A stretch of DNA of 64,000 nt, from assembly GCF_006345805.1 (NCBI RefSeq), contig NW_021832375.1:1-64000 (forward strand), in the 5' to 3' direction. The DNA is from Octopus sinensis. Its lineage: Eukaryota. Below the pieces are notes generated by a model. It was not told the DNA's origin, ran no database searches, and was given only the letters and a program-made list of their open reading frames with translations. The translations under genes and the position numbers were made by a program. Of the stretch, positions 26,909 to 39,888 are shown in pieces (the stretch's first letter is position 1; every line of letters begins with the position of its first letter).

Positions 26909-27249
26909 CTGAAATGAAAATACCCGCACTCACATAAATAAAAACAGTCCCACACACACAAGGAGCCCCAATAAATATATCAAAAAAGTTTCTAGTATTT
27001 TTCCTAGCCCATAATTTATGATAATTGAAGTTCTTACAGTAAATAAATACCTACTAAATCAGTACATCGAACATTACGTCCCCGTAACTTATCGGTTCTG
27101 CAAAAGAGACCTATACGTTAAGTAATAGGCATACAAAGAATAATTGCTGGGGTTGATTTGCTTGACTAAAGGCGGTGCTCCACCATGGTCACAGTGAAAT
27201 AACTGAAAGAGTCAAAGAGCGACAAAGTCTATATTACAATAACTACATA

Positions 27250-27445
27250 CTTTAGGGAGATAACTACAGAGTATCTTCTACAGTTACCTTCCCTTAAATA
27301 TTAAAATTTAACAATAATAAAATAAAATGCAAGGAACTTAACTCTCGAAAGGGAGATAACTAGATAACATCTTCCAGAGTTACTTTCCTTACATATAATT
27401 ATTTTACTTTTATTAAATTATAATTTCCTAGGGAAGTAGCTCTAG
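27250..27445. repeat. Palindromic GGGAAGTAACTCT-type cluster, copy 2
   Basis: AGGGAGATAACT...AGTTACCTTCCCTT...AAGGAACTTAACTCT-CGAAAGGGAGATAACT...AGAGTTACTTTCCTT...AGGGAAGTAGCTCT. Confidence 0.8.
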
Positions 27446-27944
27446 AATATATTATGCAGACGTGACACACGCACTTTTACGGTTTTCCGTATTTAGTCAT
27501 TTCACTGTGCCCATGCTGGAGCACAGCATTTTCAAGAGCAAATCGACACTAGGACTAACTCTATGACAGTCTAGAATTTATTTATTGGTCGTCTTTTCCC
27601 GAAGTTACTAGAGTGAAAAAATACCAGCTTCGGTTGTCAAGCGGTTTTGGGGACACAGAAACACATATATATAAATATCTATCTAGTTTATATTTACTGC
27701 GGAGAAAACCACGCGAGAGTGGTGGATTTGGAATAGTTATATCATATAGACTCGAGACATAGTTATTATCGCCTCGAGTCTATATGCCAGTAGAAGACAT
27801 TTGCCCAACGTGCCACCCAGTGGGACAGAAATCGAAAACATTTGTTAGGTAAGCAAGCTAATTCCCATTCGGACACTACTGTTTGTTAACTGGACAAGTT
27901 CAAGGTGAGCCCTAATTGTTTGTATGCAAATGAGTTCATTAATG

Positions 27945-29244
27945 GGGTCCGGAACTTTCGCGGCTGGGTCCCACAAGACAATGCAACAAATTTGGGTATG
28001 GGTGGACTGTGCTCACACACGCACAAACACCCACACGTCCGCACTCACGAATATAGATACATGCATATACGCAAACTCGTAGATATTTATGTTTTAAACA
28101 TGTTGACATTAAAACCATGACGTTCTGTGTCTATTTGCGCGCGCATTTCTGTGAGAATGATTGCTCACGAACCGCAATGCGCCGAGTTTAAACCAACAGC
28201 GTTGCACCTTCGATAAGTGTATTCAACTATAGCCTTGGGCCGACCAAAGTATTCTGAGTGGAGTTCGTAGAGGGAAACTGAAAGAAGCCCGTCGTATATA
28301 TGAATATCGGCGTAGGAATGGCTATGTTGTACATGGTTTGGTGTTCACTCCCACTGCCTGTCATCTTATGCAATTGTCTACTACTGTACCCCAGGGCCGA
28401 CCTAATCCTTGTGATTGGATTTAGTGGAAGGAAACTGAAAGAATCCCATCGTATATATGTTTAAATGTGTGTGTGTGTGTTTGTTCGCACTCGAAGGGCA
28501 CACGAGAATGCACGCACGTACTATCACACATACAGATGCAAGTTTTCTTAATAAAATGGAAAGAACTCCCGTTCCATCCCTTACAGTTTTTTTGTTTTAG
28601 ACACTACATATACATGCGTGGGTATATACACGTATATCTGTATGTGTATGTCTGGGTGAAACAGACTTTCGCGGTTGGGTCACATTAGCCGATGCGACCA
28701 CCTTGGGTATGTGTGGACTGTGCTCACACACGCACAAAAACCCACACTTCTGCACTCATGCACATAGATACATGCAAAGCTATTTCATGTTTTAAATATG
28801 TTGACCTTAAAACCGTGACACTCCCAAGAAATTGCATGAGCGTGTGGGTCAGCCAATGTGTGTGCTTTCATCTCTGTGTCTATTTGCGCGCGCGATTGTG
28901 TGTGAGAGTGTTTGCTTACCAACCTCAATGTGCTGGATTAAATCCAACAGCGTGGCACCTTCGGCAAGTGTATTCAACTATACCCCCGGGCCGACCAAAA
29001 TATCGACCAAAGTATTCTGAGTAGGGTTGGTAGAGGGAAACTGAAAGAAGCCCGTCGTATATATGAAAATCGGCGCACGAATGGCTATGTGGTAAGTAGT
29101 TTGCTTACGAACCACATGGTTTCAGTTTCATTCCCACTGCCTCTCATCTTGTCCAATTGTCTTCTACAGTAGCCCCGGGTCGACCAAATCCTTGTGATTG
29201 GATTTGGTGAAAGGAAACTGAAAGAATCCCGTCGTATATATGTT

Positions 29245-29296
<52 letters not shown>

Positions 29297-29330
29297 TGTC
29301 TGTCTGTCTGTCTGTGTTCGCACACGAATG
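27945..29330 (+). repeat. Two diverged tandem copies (~730-bp spacing) of a unit ending in a tRNA-SINE
   Basis: ACTTTCGCGG(C/T)TGGGTC...GGACTGTGCTCACACACGCACAAA occurs at ~27954 and ~28665. Each copy is followed by SINE body (CCGACCAAAG...GAGGGAAACTGAAAGAAGCCCGTCGTATATATG) and a new SINE head (GGCG..GAATGGCTATGT). Confidence 0.7.
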
Positions 29331-29404
29331 GCACACGACCATGCACGCACGAACCATCGGACATACAGATGCAAGGTTTCTCAATGAAAGGGAAACAACT
29401 GGAG

Positions 29405-30505
29405 CGCCGCCTTTAGTCGAGCACATCGTCCGCAGCACTTATTCTTTGTAAACCTAGTATTTATTCTAACTTATTCTCTTTTGCCGAACCGCTAAGAATA
29501 ACTAAACTGTCTACTCGTATCCACCATTTCCAAAACGATTTAACAAAAAAGGAGACAAATTGCTTGACTAGATTTCACTGCAAAGCCAGTAACATCTATG
29601 GACTTCCCAAAATCTAAATAAGTTAAGCCATAAACAAAACCTGTAACAAGTTCACTTCTATAGTCATAAATATTCCACACCCGAGAGATCTCCGAATGAG
29701 GCCAATTATGGCCGATCCAAGTATGTAGATACAGGGAGCATTGGGTGCTTAACAATCGCAAATCTGAAGTCGCAATAAATTGAACTTCTTTTCATTTAGC
29801 AGTTAGTGATCTGCAAATGTGGGTATCTTAGAGATGCTTAAAGTGTTTGTTGTAGCTGTAATTGTCGCACACACACAAACGAATAATCACACAGTCGCTC
29901 ACACACACGTACACACAGAAATAAAAACGTTCACACAAACACAAAGACTGAAATGAAAATACCCATACTCACATAAATAAAAACAGTCCCACACACACAA
30001 GGAGCCCCAATAGGTCTATCAAAAAAGTTTCTAGTATTTTTCCTAGCCCATAATTTATGATAATTGAAGTTCTTACAATAAATAAATACCTACTAAATCA
30101 GTACATCGAACATTACGTCCCCGTAACTTATCGGTTCTGCAAAAGAGACCTATACATTAAGTAATGGGCATACAAAGAATAATTCATGTGGTTGATTTGC
30201 TTGACTAAAGGCGGTGCTCCACCACGGTCACAGTGAAATAACTGAGAGTCTAACAGCGACAAAGTGTATATTACGATAACTACATACTTAAGGGAGATAA
30301 CTACAAAGTATCTTCTACAGTTACTTCCGTTGAATATTATAATTTAACAATAATAAAATAATATTTAAGGAAATTAACTCTCGGAAGGGAGATAACTAGA
30401 TAACATCTTCCAGAGTTACTTTTCTTACATATAATTATATTACTTTTATTAAATTATAATGTGAAGGGGGAATAACTCTCGAATATATTATTCAGACATG
30501 ACAGA
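29405..30505. repeat. Subtelomere-like duplicated module, copy 3 (includes PLE RT fragment 29510-29720 and motif cluster 30288-30482)
   Basis: Colinear with copy 2. PLE piece reads KKETNCLTRFHCKASNIYGLPKI*...DLRMRPIMADP. Cluster reads AGGGAGATAACT...AGTTACTTCC...AAGGAAATTAACTCTCGGAAGGGAGATAACT...AGAGTTACTTTTC...GGGGGAATAACTCT. Confidence 0.85.
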
Positions 30506-30621
30506 CTTTTAGGATTTTTTGGAGTTCAACTGCCATCTCTAGTGAGTCGGATGTCCCATTATGGCCATCCCTTATATGTTTAAATATCTATATGTATATA
30601 CATATATCTGTCAATATATAC

Positions 30622-30674
<53 letters not shown>

Positions 30675-30786
30675 GTTATCAGTAATAATATAGGGAGAAA
30701 TTAATTAATTTGGAATAATCATTAATTTCACCAAGTAGATTTCGGCATGTAAAAGCCCCATTCGAAGAAAGTTCAAGTAATACAAT

Positions 30787-30962
30787 GTAATTAAGGGTTT
30801 AGCAACGATTTGCCTCAACACACACCGAGTTTAGAAATAGCCTTTAAGTGGTGTGGTTTTACTGAGATCTCCCTTTTAGTAGAAAGAATAGCTATAACTC
30901 TTTGACTGCTCTTTCTAAACTCAGTGTGTGGTGAGGCAAATCGTTGCTAAACCCTTAATTAC
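30787..30962. repeat. 51-bp inverted repeat (2 mismatches) with 74-bp spacer, probably part of a Penelope pseudo-LTR
   Basis: 30787-30837 GTAATTAAGGGTTTAGCAACGATTTGCCTCAACACACACCGAGTTTAGAAA versus the reverse complement of 30912-30962 (…CTCACCACACACTGAG…). The IR is seen directly; the PLE assignment is inference from neighbouring PLE pieces. Confidence 0.8.
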
Positions 30963-31086
30963 TTAGTATATATATATATACACACCTATCTATATACCAC
31001 GGGCTACTTTCTGTTTCCGTGTACCAAATCTACTCAGAAATGTTGGTCTGTCCGAGGCTATATTGGAAGACACAGAAATAAAAACA

Positions 31087-31144
<58 letters not shown>

Positions 31145-31145
<1 letters not shown>

Positions 31146-31330
31146 CTGAAGGTGCTTGTAAGGACATGAACATGATGTACATAGAGGAGATGTCTAAGAG
31201 CATTGCGGAACGGATAAATGAACATCTAAGACAACTTGACGACAGAAAACAGTCTTCTATACTCTACCAACATGCCAAAGACCACCATGGAGATAACTTG
31301 GGTCAACTTGACATCCGCATCTTATCTAAG
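31145..31330 (+). mobile_element. GIY-YIG endonuclease fragment of a Penelope-like element
   Basis: C..MNMMYIEEMSKSIAERINEHLRQL...SSILYQHAKDHHG resembles the YIGET.R....R..EH........S.L..H pattern of PLE GIY-YIG domains. Confidence 0.7.
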
Positions 31331-32229
31331 CACCCAGCCCTCATCCCTGCTTTTCAATGCTAAACCCGATATAAAACAGTCATCAACACTATAAATAAAC
31401 CTGTTCAATCTCTACCCTCCTCATCACCCCAAATCCTAACCCCTAGTTCAAACTTTGATCTCTTACTTGACTATTCTCTCTAAAAACCCTTCACAAATCC
31501 TCAAGCTGACCCTAATATAGACTAAACTCTGAAAAACAATCCTAACAGCAAACCCACACCAAAATAAGAAAAACCACTTACCTTTGGCCATTTGGGATCT
31601 ATAATACAAGGCATGATATGCAAACAACAAGCAAAATATCAACCAACACTTGAAAGTCAAGTTTTATCTATGTGTCGAATCATGAAATACACTTGTTTAA
31701 TAAATACAGTTGTCCTTACATTTACACAGTACATTGCTTCCACAAGTCATCAAACTAATCATTCTCATGCGAAATCAATTGTTTTTATTTATAAATAGAA
31801 ACAAATTAATTATTGAAATTAATATAAGAAATACAATTAACGTGTATGTGTGTCATCATCATTTAACATTCGTTTTTCATGTTGTCATGGGTTGGACTAT
31901 TTCACACTATCTGAGATGAATTACTACACGTACATCTAATGTCTGTTTTCACATGGTTTCTATGTCTGAGAAAAGTTTTGGTAACACCGACACTAGTAAA
32001 ATTAAAAAGTAAATTTCAAGGATGAGTGGACTGCTAGTAGTGAGAGAGGTGGCTTCATCCTAACCTGTAGTATGATAGAGAGACAGGCAGAGGTGTGTCG
32101 CTGAAGAGAAACTACATGGCCACCCTGCATATATGTATGTATATAGGTAGACATCGATTAGAGCGCTTTCTCATTGCTAATATGTTAACATATGCTTGAT
32201 GTATGCTTTAAAAATAAAGTGCTTGCACT

Positions 32230-34350
32230 GGCACTAATTTCTTCAGATGATGAAAATCACGGAGAGGATCATAGCCCAACTAGTTAGGAAAAGACTTAAT
32301 CTAGATGAGATGCAATTTGGTTTTGTATCAGGAAGAAACACCAGTCATGATATATTTCTGGTAAGAAACCCCAGGAGAAGTACCTAACCAAGTATAAACC
32401 TATGTACTTGACTTTTGTTGGTATCATAATCATTCAGGTAATAACAGATGAATATAAAACAGGCAGACCCTAGCAACACCTCTATGCTGATTATGTGCAT
32501 CTTTGGCAGCCCTATACAATACTTTATTCCCATCCATCCCGGCAAGTACAAGCTACATTCCACATGGCATGAAACTACGACTTATTGAAAAGAAGACCTG
32601 CGTAAACACAACATGAGTGCTACTGAACGGTTGTCAAAACACACATGCTCACTTCTTTCGAACTATGTCGTAATCCAGAGCCAAGTTTGACCCAATCCTA
32701 CAAATGGGGGGAAAACTGGTGCCATTTAGATGTACGTCATTTCGATCTGTACATGTTGAGAGTGGATGGATCAGGCTGAGTCACACTGTGCAACAAAATT
32801 CCTCTGGAAGTATCTACTGCTTCTTCCCCATGGCCCACTGCTCATGGTGTCTGGACCACATGCGTTCCCTACGCCAACACCAGTGATGAGACTACCTTCT
32901 CAACCGACTTTAACAGCACCTCATGCAGCTGCAACACCAATGCCCACTTCCCGACTCCAAAATTACCATGACCAGAAATGCATCTCACCGCCTACCCACA
33001 GAGCCACGCCAACTTACCCCACCTTTACCACAAGTGGTTATACCCCAACACCCCTTGAAACCCCTGCTTTCCAAAAGTGACCCTTGCCTGATGCAGTTTA
33101 TCCTCCATCCAGCAATTGTCCTGTTAGTCGCTCTGCCAGACTCACAAAGACTAAAAGCCTGATGCATAACTGACACGTTGCTCCTTGATCGTCACACCGT
33201 CAATATTGATTAAGGGTCTCTTGCACTAATTATTATTTTCGTTAATCATTTAATACATATTATTAGTCTTCTTTGCTTCTCTCAAAGGAATTGGGGAGGG
33301 CATAGAGGATGACAACTGAACACTCATATATTATCATTTATTACATTACATTCAATTACCCATACATTATTAGTTTCATTATCCAAATATTTTCCTTCAC
33401 GTTTCATGTATACCGAGGACCTTTTTTTTTCATTGCTTCAATCAGTGTACATAAAGTGTTTGTGAAAGCAAAGAGTTTCCACACTTATTTACTAATGAGC
33501 TTCTTCTTATAGGTAAATCACTACCAGAACTAGAAAACAAATTTTGCATACGGAAGCAAGGTCTAGAATTGAAAGGTCACAGAATTAACCTACCCAACCA
33601 TAACCCAAAGTCTTAGTAAGTAGGAAAACAGATAAATCGTAAAGCCCTTCAGGTACATGGCCATCCTCAATATGAAGGAAACAGGTAGGTAGATGTACTC
33701 TGTATAACACATAATAGGTGTAGCAATATCAGAGGAAGGTAAACTGGGAAAATTTTGCATGTGGAAGGTGCACATGTACAGTAAACACTAAAAGTGTACA
33801 GAAAATGGGCTTCATCAAATACCAGAGGAGTACGATAAAGATTGTTGAGCAACAAAGTCAGTAGCAGAGGTGGATGAACCAAGAGTGTGGCTGCAAGAAT
33901 AAAAATAGGCTGAGCAAATTCAGAGAGCTCCTTCCTCTGTTTGGTAACTAAGGTTCTCTCCTTCAGAGTGAAAGCCATATTTATTATACCTGTGCAGACA
34001 ACTATGCTAGAAGAAGTAGACATAAGAAGGCATTGGACAAGGTGGTAATGCATGATCTTTGACTGTTGAAACTTATAAAGGCAATGACTAATGACCGACA
34101 CCTTTCATGACATGCCGTGCCTTAGAAGACAATATATTGTAATTAATTTCCCATCAATTAATTTTTTTCACAACCCCTGCCCACAACACTTATGGAGTGC
34201 TTGATGTTAAGAAGAACATCCAGCCATACAAACAATGACAAATCAGACTGGAGTCTGCTGCAGACCCTCAGCTTACCAGCCCTGATGAAACTGTCCAACA
34301 CAAGCCAGCATAGATAATGGACATTAAATGATGATGATGATGATGATGAC
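32230..34350 (+). mobile_element. Heavily decayed RTE-clade LINE (same family as 53.5 kb copy), split by unrelated sequence at ~32510-33500
   Basis: 32280-32420 resembles LDEMQFGFV.GR.T..IFLVR...EKYL.K.KPMYL.FV. 33510-33700 resembles SLPELE..F..WKQGLE.KG.RINL. The 3' end has the family tail ...GGACATTAAATGATGATGATGATG at 34310-34349. Confidence 0.7.
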
Positions 34351-35087
34351 AATTCTTTTTGTAAAACTTTTGCATTTTATGCTGAACATCTAGTTTAAAG
34401 TTAATTTTATACATTGAATTTTCATTTCCAGTGAAATCAATTTTAATATTTCAAATTCAAAAATATTTAACAAAATATTATGAGAAACTGAAGCAGGTAC
34501 TACTTCTATATTTGTAAAAACAAAAACAAAAAGAAACAAATAGAGGAAAATGAGCAAAATTGTGCTAAAGTGAAAGTAAGAAACAGAATACTGTGTAAGG
34601 CAAGAGACAACTGTATTTTATGAAAGTACCATATTGCATAAACACAAAAAAAGAAACTATTGCAGAGGGAATTAAACTGAAACAGATATCAACATGATAC
34701 ACACAACCCATGCTAGTATGGATAAAATGATTAGATACTTCTGTCTAGAGAAAATTCAATGACAATCTTATGCAACCAACAATAACCTCAGATTTATCAG
34801 ATTATTGTAGATGAGCAACAACTCAAGAAAACCTGTCGAAATTCTATGTTCTTACAATGAATTAATTGCAAATATTTAAGTATGTAGACAACATAATTTC
34901 ATGTTTTATATGCATCAATACATGTGTAAAAATAAGTCTCATACCTACGTTCATTTTTCCATCCTAGCATGAGTTTGAAAAATATAAGATTTAATAGTTG
35001 GGTAACATTGTCGTAGCTAATGCTAATTTTCTACTAAAGGTTTTCTTTTTCTTTCAAAGTGCAGTTGTAACAAATGATACATTTGTA

Positions 35088-36288
35088 CACAAACATGACA
35101 AAAGTAAATAGATACCCATTAACACATTGTTATTATAACTTGAAGAGGTTTATATTTTTTTTATTAATTGACATTTATATGTTTCAGGTTCTATATGTAA
35201 ATGTTTAATCATGCCATGTACAAAAGAAGCCTTAAAAATGTCCAATTTACAAAGAGGCCATATGCTGCGCCTATTTCAAGGCTGACTTAGCCTAAAACCA
35301 CAGAAAACATTGTGATTCTACTTTCTACAGTAAATAGAGTAATTTTTCAATTCACTAAACGGGAAAGTAGTCCATATCACCTTACCCAGGTAGACTAAGG
35401 CCCTCTGACAACACTTTGCTTTCTTAAGAGAAGTGTGTAAGATAATCCTCATTGCAAGGCCTCCAATATAGCAGAATAAGTTGATGTCAGTCCCAGAATA
35501 GCTGTCAGTTATCTCCGCAAAATTGGCTATTATGGCAGAGCAGCAAGAAAGAAGACACTGCTTCGACCAGCCAATATCAAATGGAGAAAAGATTGGACAA
35601 GTGAAATGGTAGAGAGGTCACTAGCACTTTGGGACACTGTCAAATTCTCTGATGAATCCAGATTTGCTGTATTTTCTGACACTGGTCGAGTGTGGGTCTG
35701 GAGAATCAGTCACCAATATTTTCACGTGAATATATTGCAGCCAACAATGAAACATGTGATGGTCTGGAGAGCAGTTTGGAGCAATAGTCAATCAGAAATG
35801 GTGGAATGTGAGGGATACATAAACTCAGATAAATATGTGTCCATATTATAGAAAAATCTTCTTCCTATAACCTCCAGGAGTAAAATGATTAAATAACACT
35901 ATTTATGGAAGATAGGGCTTTCTTGCACAACTAAAAGACCCAGGATTGGTTGGAAGAGAATGGCATTAAAAAGCTTCCATAGCTAAGCCAATCACCAGAT
36001 ATGAACCCTACTGAACACCTCTGAGGCATGATGGATGGGATACTTCCTAAAAAGAAAAAGAAAGCATCCTTAAAGCCAGATCTTTTGATATTACTGCAAG
36101 AAACTTGGCAAGAAAATCATGAAGAGAATATTCATCAGATCAGTAGCATGTCTGCTAGGGTCCTTGCATTCAAAAATGCAAGGAGCCTGTCTACTAAATA
36201 TTAGATATTCACATTATAATAATTAATAAATAATTTAAATAAATTTTAACAATTATAAGGATGTCTATTTAATTCTGTCATGTCTATG
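35088..36288 (+). mobile_element. Tc1/mariner DNA transposon fossil with degenerate ~30-bp TIRs and TA target duplication
   Basis: Left TA|CACAAACATGACAAAAGTAAATAGATACCC; right end reverse complement TA|CATAGACATGACAGAATTAAATAGACATCC. Transposase remnants are WDTVKFSDESRF (~35630), FMEDRA (~35903) and SPDMNPTEHL (~35990), with stops and frameshifts. Confidence 0.9.
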
Positions 36289-36519
36289 TAGTTTTTGAAG
36301 CAAAACACAATGGAAACATTAATATTAAGACCTTTTCAAAAATCTCTCTCAAGCTTTTCATGCACACTGAGATTTTATTGACATTCATTCAAATTCACTC
36401 ATTCCAACATGAAACAATTTTTTCCATCAAAAACTTTGTGATGTTTTCACTTTCTCTAATTTGATCTAGATCCTCTAAGTGTCTCTAATGACTTTCATGC
36501 CTTAATTTCAATTTGTTGC

Positions 36520-37060
36520 CTAGATTTTTCCTCAGGGCCAACTCACCAAACAGAAATTAATGAGAGACCTAATTGCCTTTCATCTTGATCACATAAATAC
36601 ACCCACACATTTGGTGCTCAAATACAGCATGCTCCACACTAGGAGATTGACAGTTACCCAGTATATGCAAAAATCGAGCATACTTGCAGTACTAAACAAG
36701 CCATTACTATTGCATTTTCTGGCTTCATGTTTCCCAATTATATCCCAAATTTTTTTATCCCTGCAAATGCTTTCATTGAAATCACCAAATATGAAGATTT
36801 TATAAGCAGAAAGAACACTGCACAGAAGCTTTTTTCATGAAAGATAAAATATTAGTCTTTTTTTCTCTTCAGAGGAACACATGGTTGGAGGGTAGACACT
36901 TACTAAGGTAACAAATCTCTTGTTTGACAATGGTAATCTCACTGACATCAAGGTAATCAGTAAATCCAGAGAGTTCATAATCTTAGATGCCAATATTTCA
37001 CAAACATTCAATGGTCTGTACTCTCTTGCAGTAGCAAGATGACACATAGGCCCAGGCTGC
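36520..37060 (-). mobile_element. RTE-type apurinic endonuclease fragment
   Basis: Minus strand reads RLPLSNKRFVTLVSVYPPTMCSSEEKK and, further on, IIGKHEARKCNSNGL, typical of RTE APE domains. Confidence 0.7.
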
Positions 37061-39074
37061 AATACTGTGGGACACCTTCCAAGCCAGACCTTTCACTATC
37101 CATTCCACATCCCTTCTTGATATTACTCTAAATTATTTTGATTTTTCAATGAGTATTTTTGCACTTTTTGTCAACATGCATCACATAATTGATATGGTGT
37201 ATTATGCATCACATAATTGATATGGTGTATACACACACACAAATGCAATAAGGATCATATAGTTCCCATCAACCACTTTTACTAAAAATGCATTTGTTGG
37301 TCCCTACCTATAGTCGAATACTCTTGCCCAAAATGCCACACAGTAGAACTAGACCCTAAACCATGGTATTGGGAAACAAACATATTTTACATTTGCAAAC
37401 ATATATGTCTTATGGAAATTGTTCAATATACACAGAGAAACAGTTGTTCAATTTACAAACAGCTATGGTTAACTAACAGAAAACTTAATTTAACAAAAAA
37501 ATTATGTACTTACATATAGGTGAAGCTTCACATGGGGCTACTTGCTTGGTAAAATCTACATGTATAAAGAAAAGTCTACATGTATAAACTGTTGTGGTGA
37601 GAGTCATTGGTAACCCTATGGGATTGGAAGAATGGACTAGCAAAACTCTTATAACAAAAACTAGCATATTGGTTGAGACAAAGAGAGTCATAAGAGTCAT
37701 TGGGAGTTCATGGAAGTTGTTGACGTTGTTCAGAGTTTGTATTTATTGGAGTATTGTGTTTAGTAGAGTAATCTGAAGTGGGTTGTGTGAAGACAGTTGT
37801 GTCTATCCCTGCTTCGTGAAATTTGCATATCCAACATATAGAAGGATATAAGATAAACAAAAGTCTGCATGTAAACCCATAAGTGTAATCATTCATTTTT
37901 TAACCCTGAAAGTAAAAAAGAAAAACATCCTAATAGTAGCGAAAGGAAAATTTTGGCTTTAGTATCAGTTCACTACTCTTTATTTGAAGTGACAAGTAGC
38001 AATTCTTTCTGTAAACCATTTATATTACAGGCAAACATTATGCAAATGGAAACTTTTACATGTCTCAGGAAAGATATAAATGCAGGCAATGTGAGACCAA
38101 CTTTCATTAAAACTACACAAGAAATTCATAAAAATTCATTCACAGATTTTATTCTATTAAACTTCAGATGGTGGAGAGGCACAATTGTTAGTGTTGGCAA
38201 AATACCTTCCAATATTTCTACCAGCTCTTTATGTTCTAGTTTCAAATCCTGTTGAGGCTAACTTTGTTTCTCTTCCTTTCATGGTTGATAAAAAAAAGTG
38301 CAAGTCAAGTAATAAGATCAATTTAATCAATTAACCACTTCCTCTAAAATTTGAGGCATTCCCCTGTTTTACAAACATGACCAATTAATCAAATGACTTG
38401 GGAAAAATAAATCTGCAAGTTAGGAAACAGGATAGCTTTCCTGTCATTCAAATATTCGTGAAATTTACAATATATTATAATTTCAGCAATTCACATAGTC
38501 ATATTGTAAGAGAGTTCATCATCATTTCACTTAAAGATGCATACACTAATATAGAAACTGATATTAATTAAGAAATCTTAACCATAAACAATGCTAGTCT
38601 GTTTACGTCCCCGTAACTTAGAGGTTCAGCGAAAAAAACTGTTAGAATAAGTACTAGGCCTATAAAGAATAAGTCCTGGGGTCGATATGCTCGACTGAAG
38701 GTGGTGCTTCAGCATGGCCACAGTTAAATGAGAGTAAAAGAGTAAATAGCGACAAAAGTCTGTAACCTGTTCACTGGGGAGATAGCAGAAAATATCTCCT
38801 AAACCTCATAAAATACGTTTCATGTTGTAATTTCTGTAATCATGACATAATCAAGTTTCTTTTTTGTTTTAGATAGGATATATCTGTATGTGGGTATATA
38901 CACGTATATCTGTATGTGTATATATATATGTGTGTGTGTGTGTGTGTAAAGAGAGGTAAGAAGGGAATAATCCTTTCAGTTTCCATCTATAAACGTTTTT
39001 ATATACTTAAGAAATATCACTCGGGCTAATTTTCTCCATGTCAAAGTAAATAAATCGAAAAGTAATTAACTTAC

Positions 39075-39430
39075 CTTCGTATATTGATTGAAGAAATCAA
39101 CCTTTTTCTCCGTTAATTAAATTTTAAAACGAAAAACTTTTTCCGTTGAATTTTTCCCTCGTCTTTCATTTAAACATGGCGCTTCGATTAATTAATGGTA
39201 GCAGTTTCCGACGTCACATTACTTTCGCATTCGTATCAAACGAAATAACTGAATTAAGATCTATTAATAGAGAATAAAATCAGCAAAAATATTTAAAACT
39301 GTTTTTTATTAAACTTTATTCAAACTTTATTACTATTCGCTGTGTAATCGGCTAACTATTGCTGTCTTAATTGTAGACGCGCTGTTTCGTATTAGGCAGA
39401 ATACATATATCAACGTTATTTTCGTACCCT
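39075..39430. promoter_or_regulatory. Locally CpG-enriched promoter-like segment
   Basis: CpG-rich patch in AT-rich DNA with AAACATGGCG (YY1-like, 39171-39180) and CCGACGTCAC (CRE-like, ~39208). A strong minus-strand donor (GAAG|GTAAGT) lies at 39074. Confidence 0.4.
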
Positions 39431-39843
39431 ATACAAAATATGATATTTATATTTTTATGTATTATTCTCTATTGTAGAAATAAACTATTGATAGGATATT
39501 ATAATTCATAACATTCTTTCCTAGTGAACTAAAATTTAACCAAACAGACATATGATCAAAGGAATTTTGTAGCAAAATTACGGTATTGAGCGCAAATTAT
39601 AAACACAACCATTTACTCCTTAAATCTCTTGATTATATATATATAATTGTATCTTTTTGTATACGCACATACTACAATGAGGAAGGCGGGAACAGTTAAC
39701 AACAAAGATTAATTGATAAATATCACTTGAAACAAAACAACTGAAGAATACACTGATAGGGTTAAAGGTTTTTAGTTATCAGCTCCAGTATTTATTTGTT
39801 TGGTACGTATATTTATTTCTGTTTATCAAACTGTTGAGTTACA

Positions 39844-39888
<45 letters not shown>

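Larger units (their letters stand above)
25570..27690. repeat. Subtelomere-like duplicated module, copy 2 (SINE tail - PLE RT piece - CA-rich block - SINE tail - motif cluster - SINE tail)
   Basis: Colinear similarity with 29405-30505 (shared GAGACAAATTGCTTGACTAGATTTCACTGCAAAGCCAG and GGAGCCCCAATA...AAAAAAGTTTCTAGTATTTTTCCTAGCCCATAATTTATG). Its last ~400 bp resemble 22480-22930. There is an internal ~660-bp duplication (AGTCACTAAAGGTGCAATAAATTGAACTT at ~25996 and ~26660). Confidence 0.85.

Noticed and set aside
32510-33200. Short ORFs in the sequence interrupting the decayed RTE
   Set aside because: No recognisable motif in any frame, so the segment is left unassigned.
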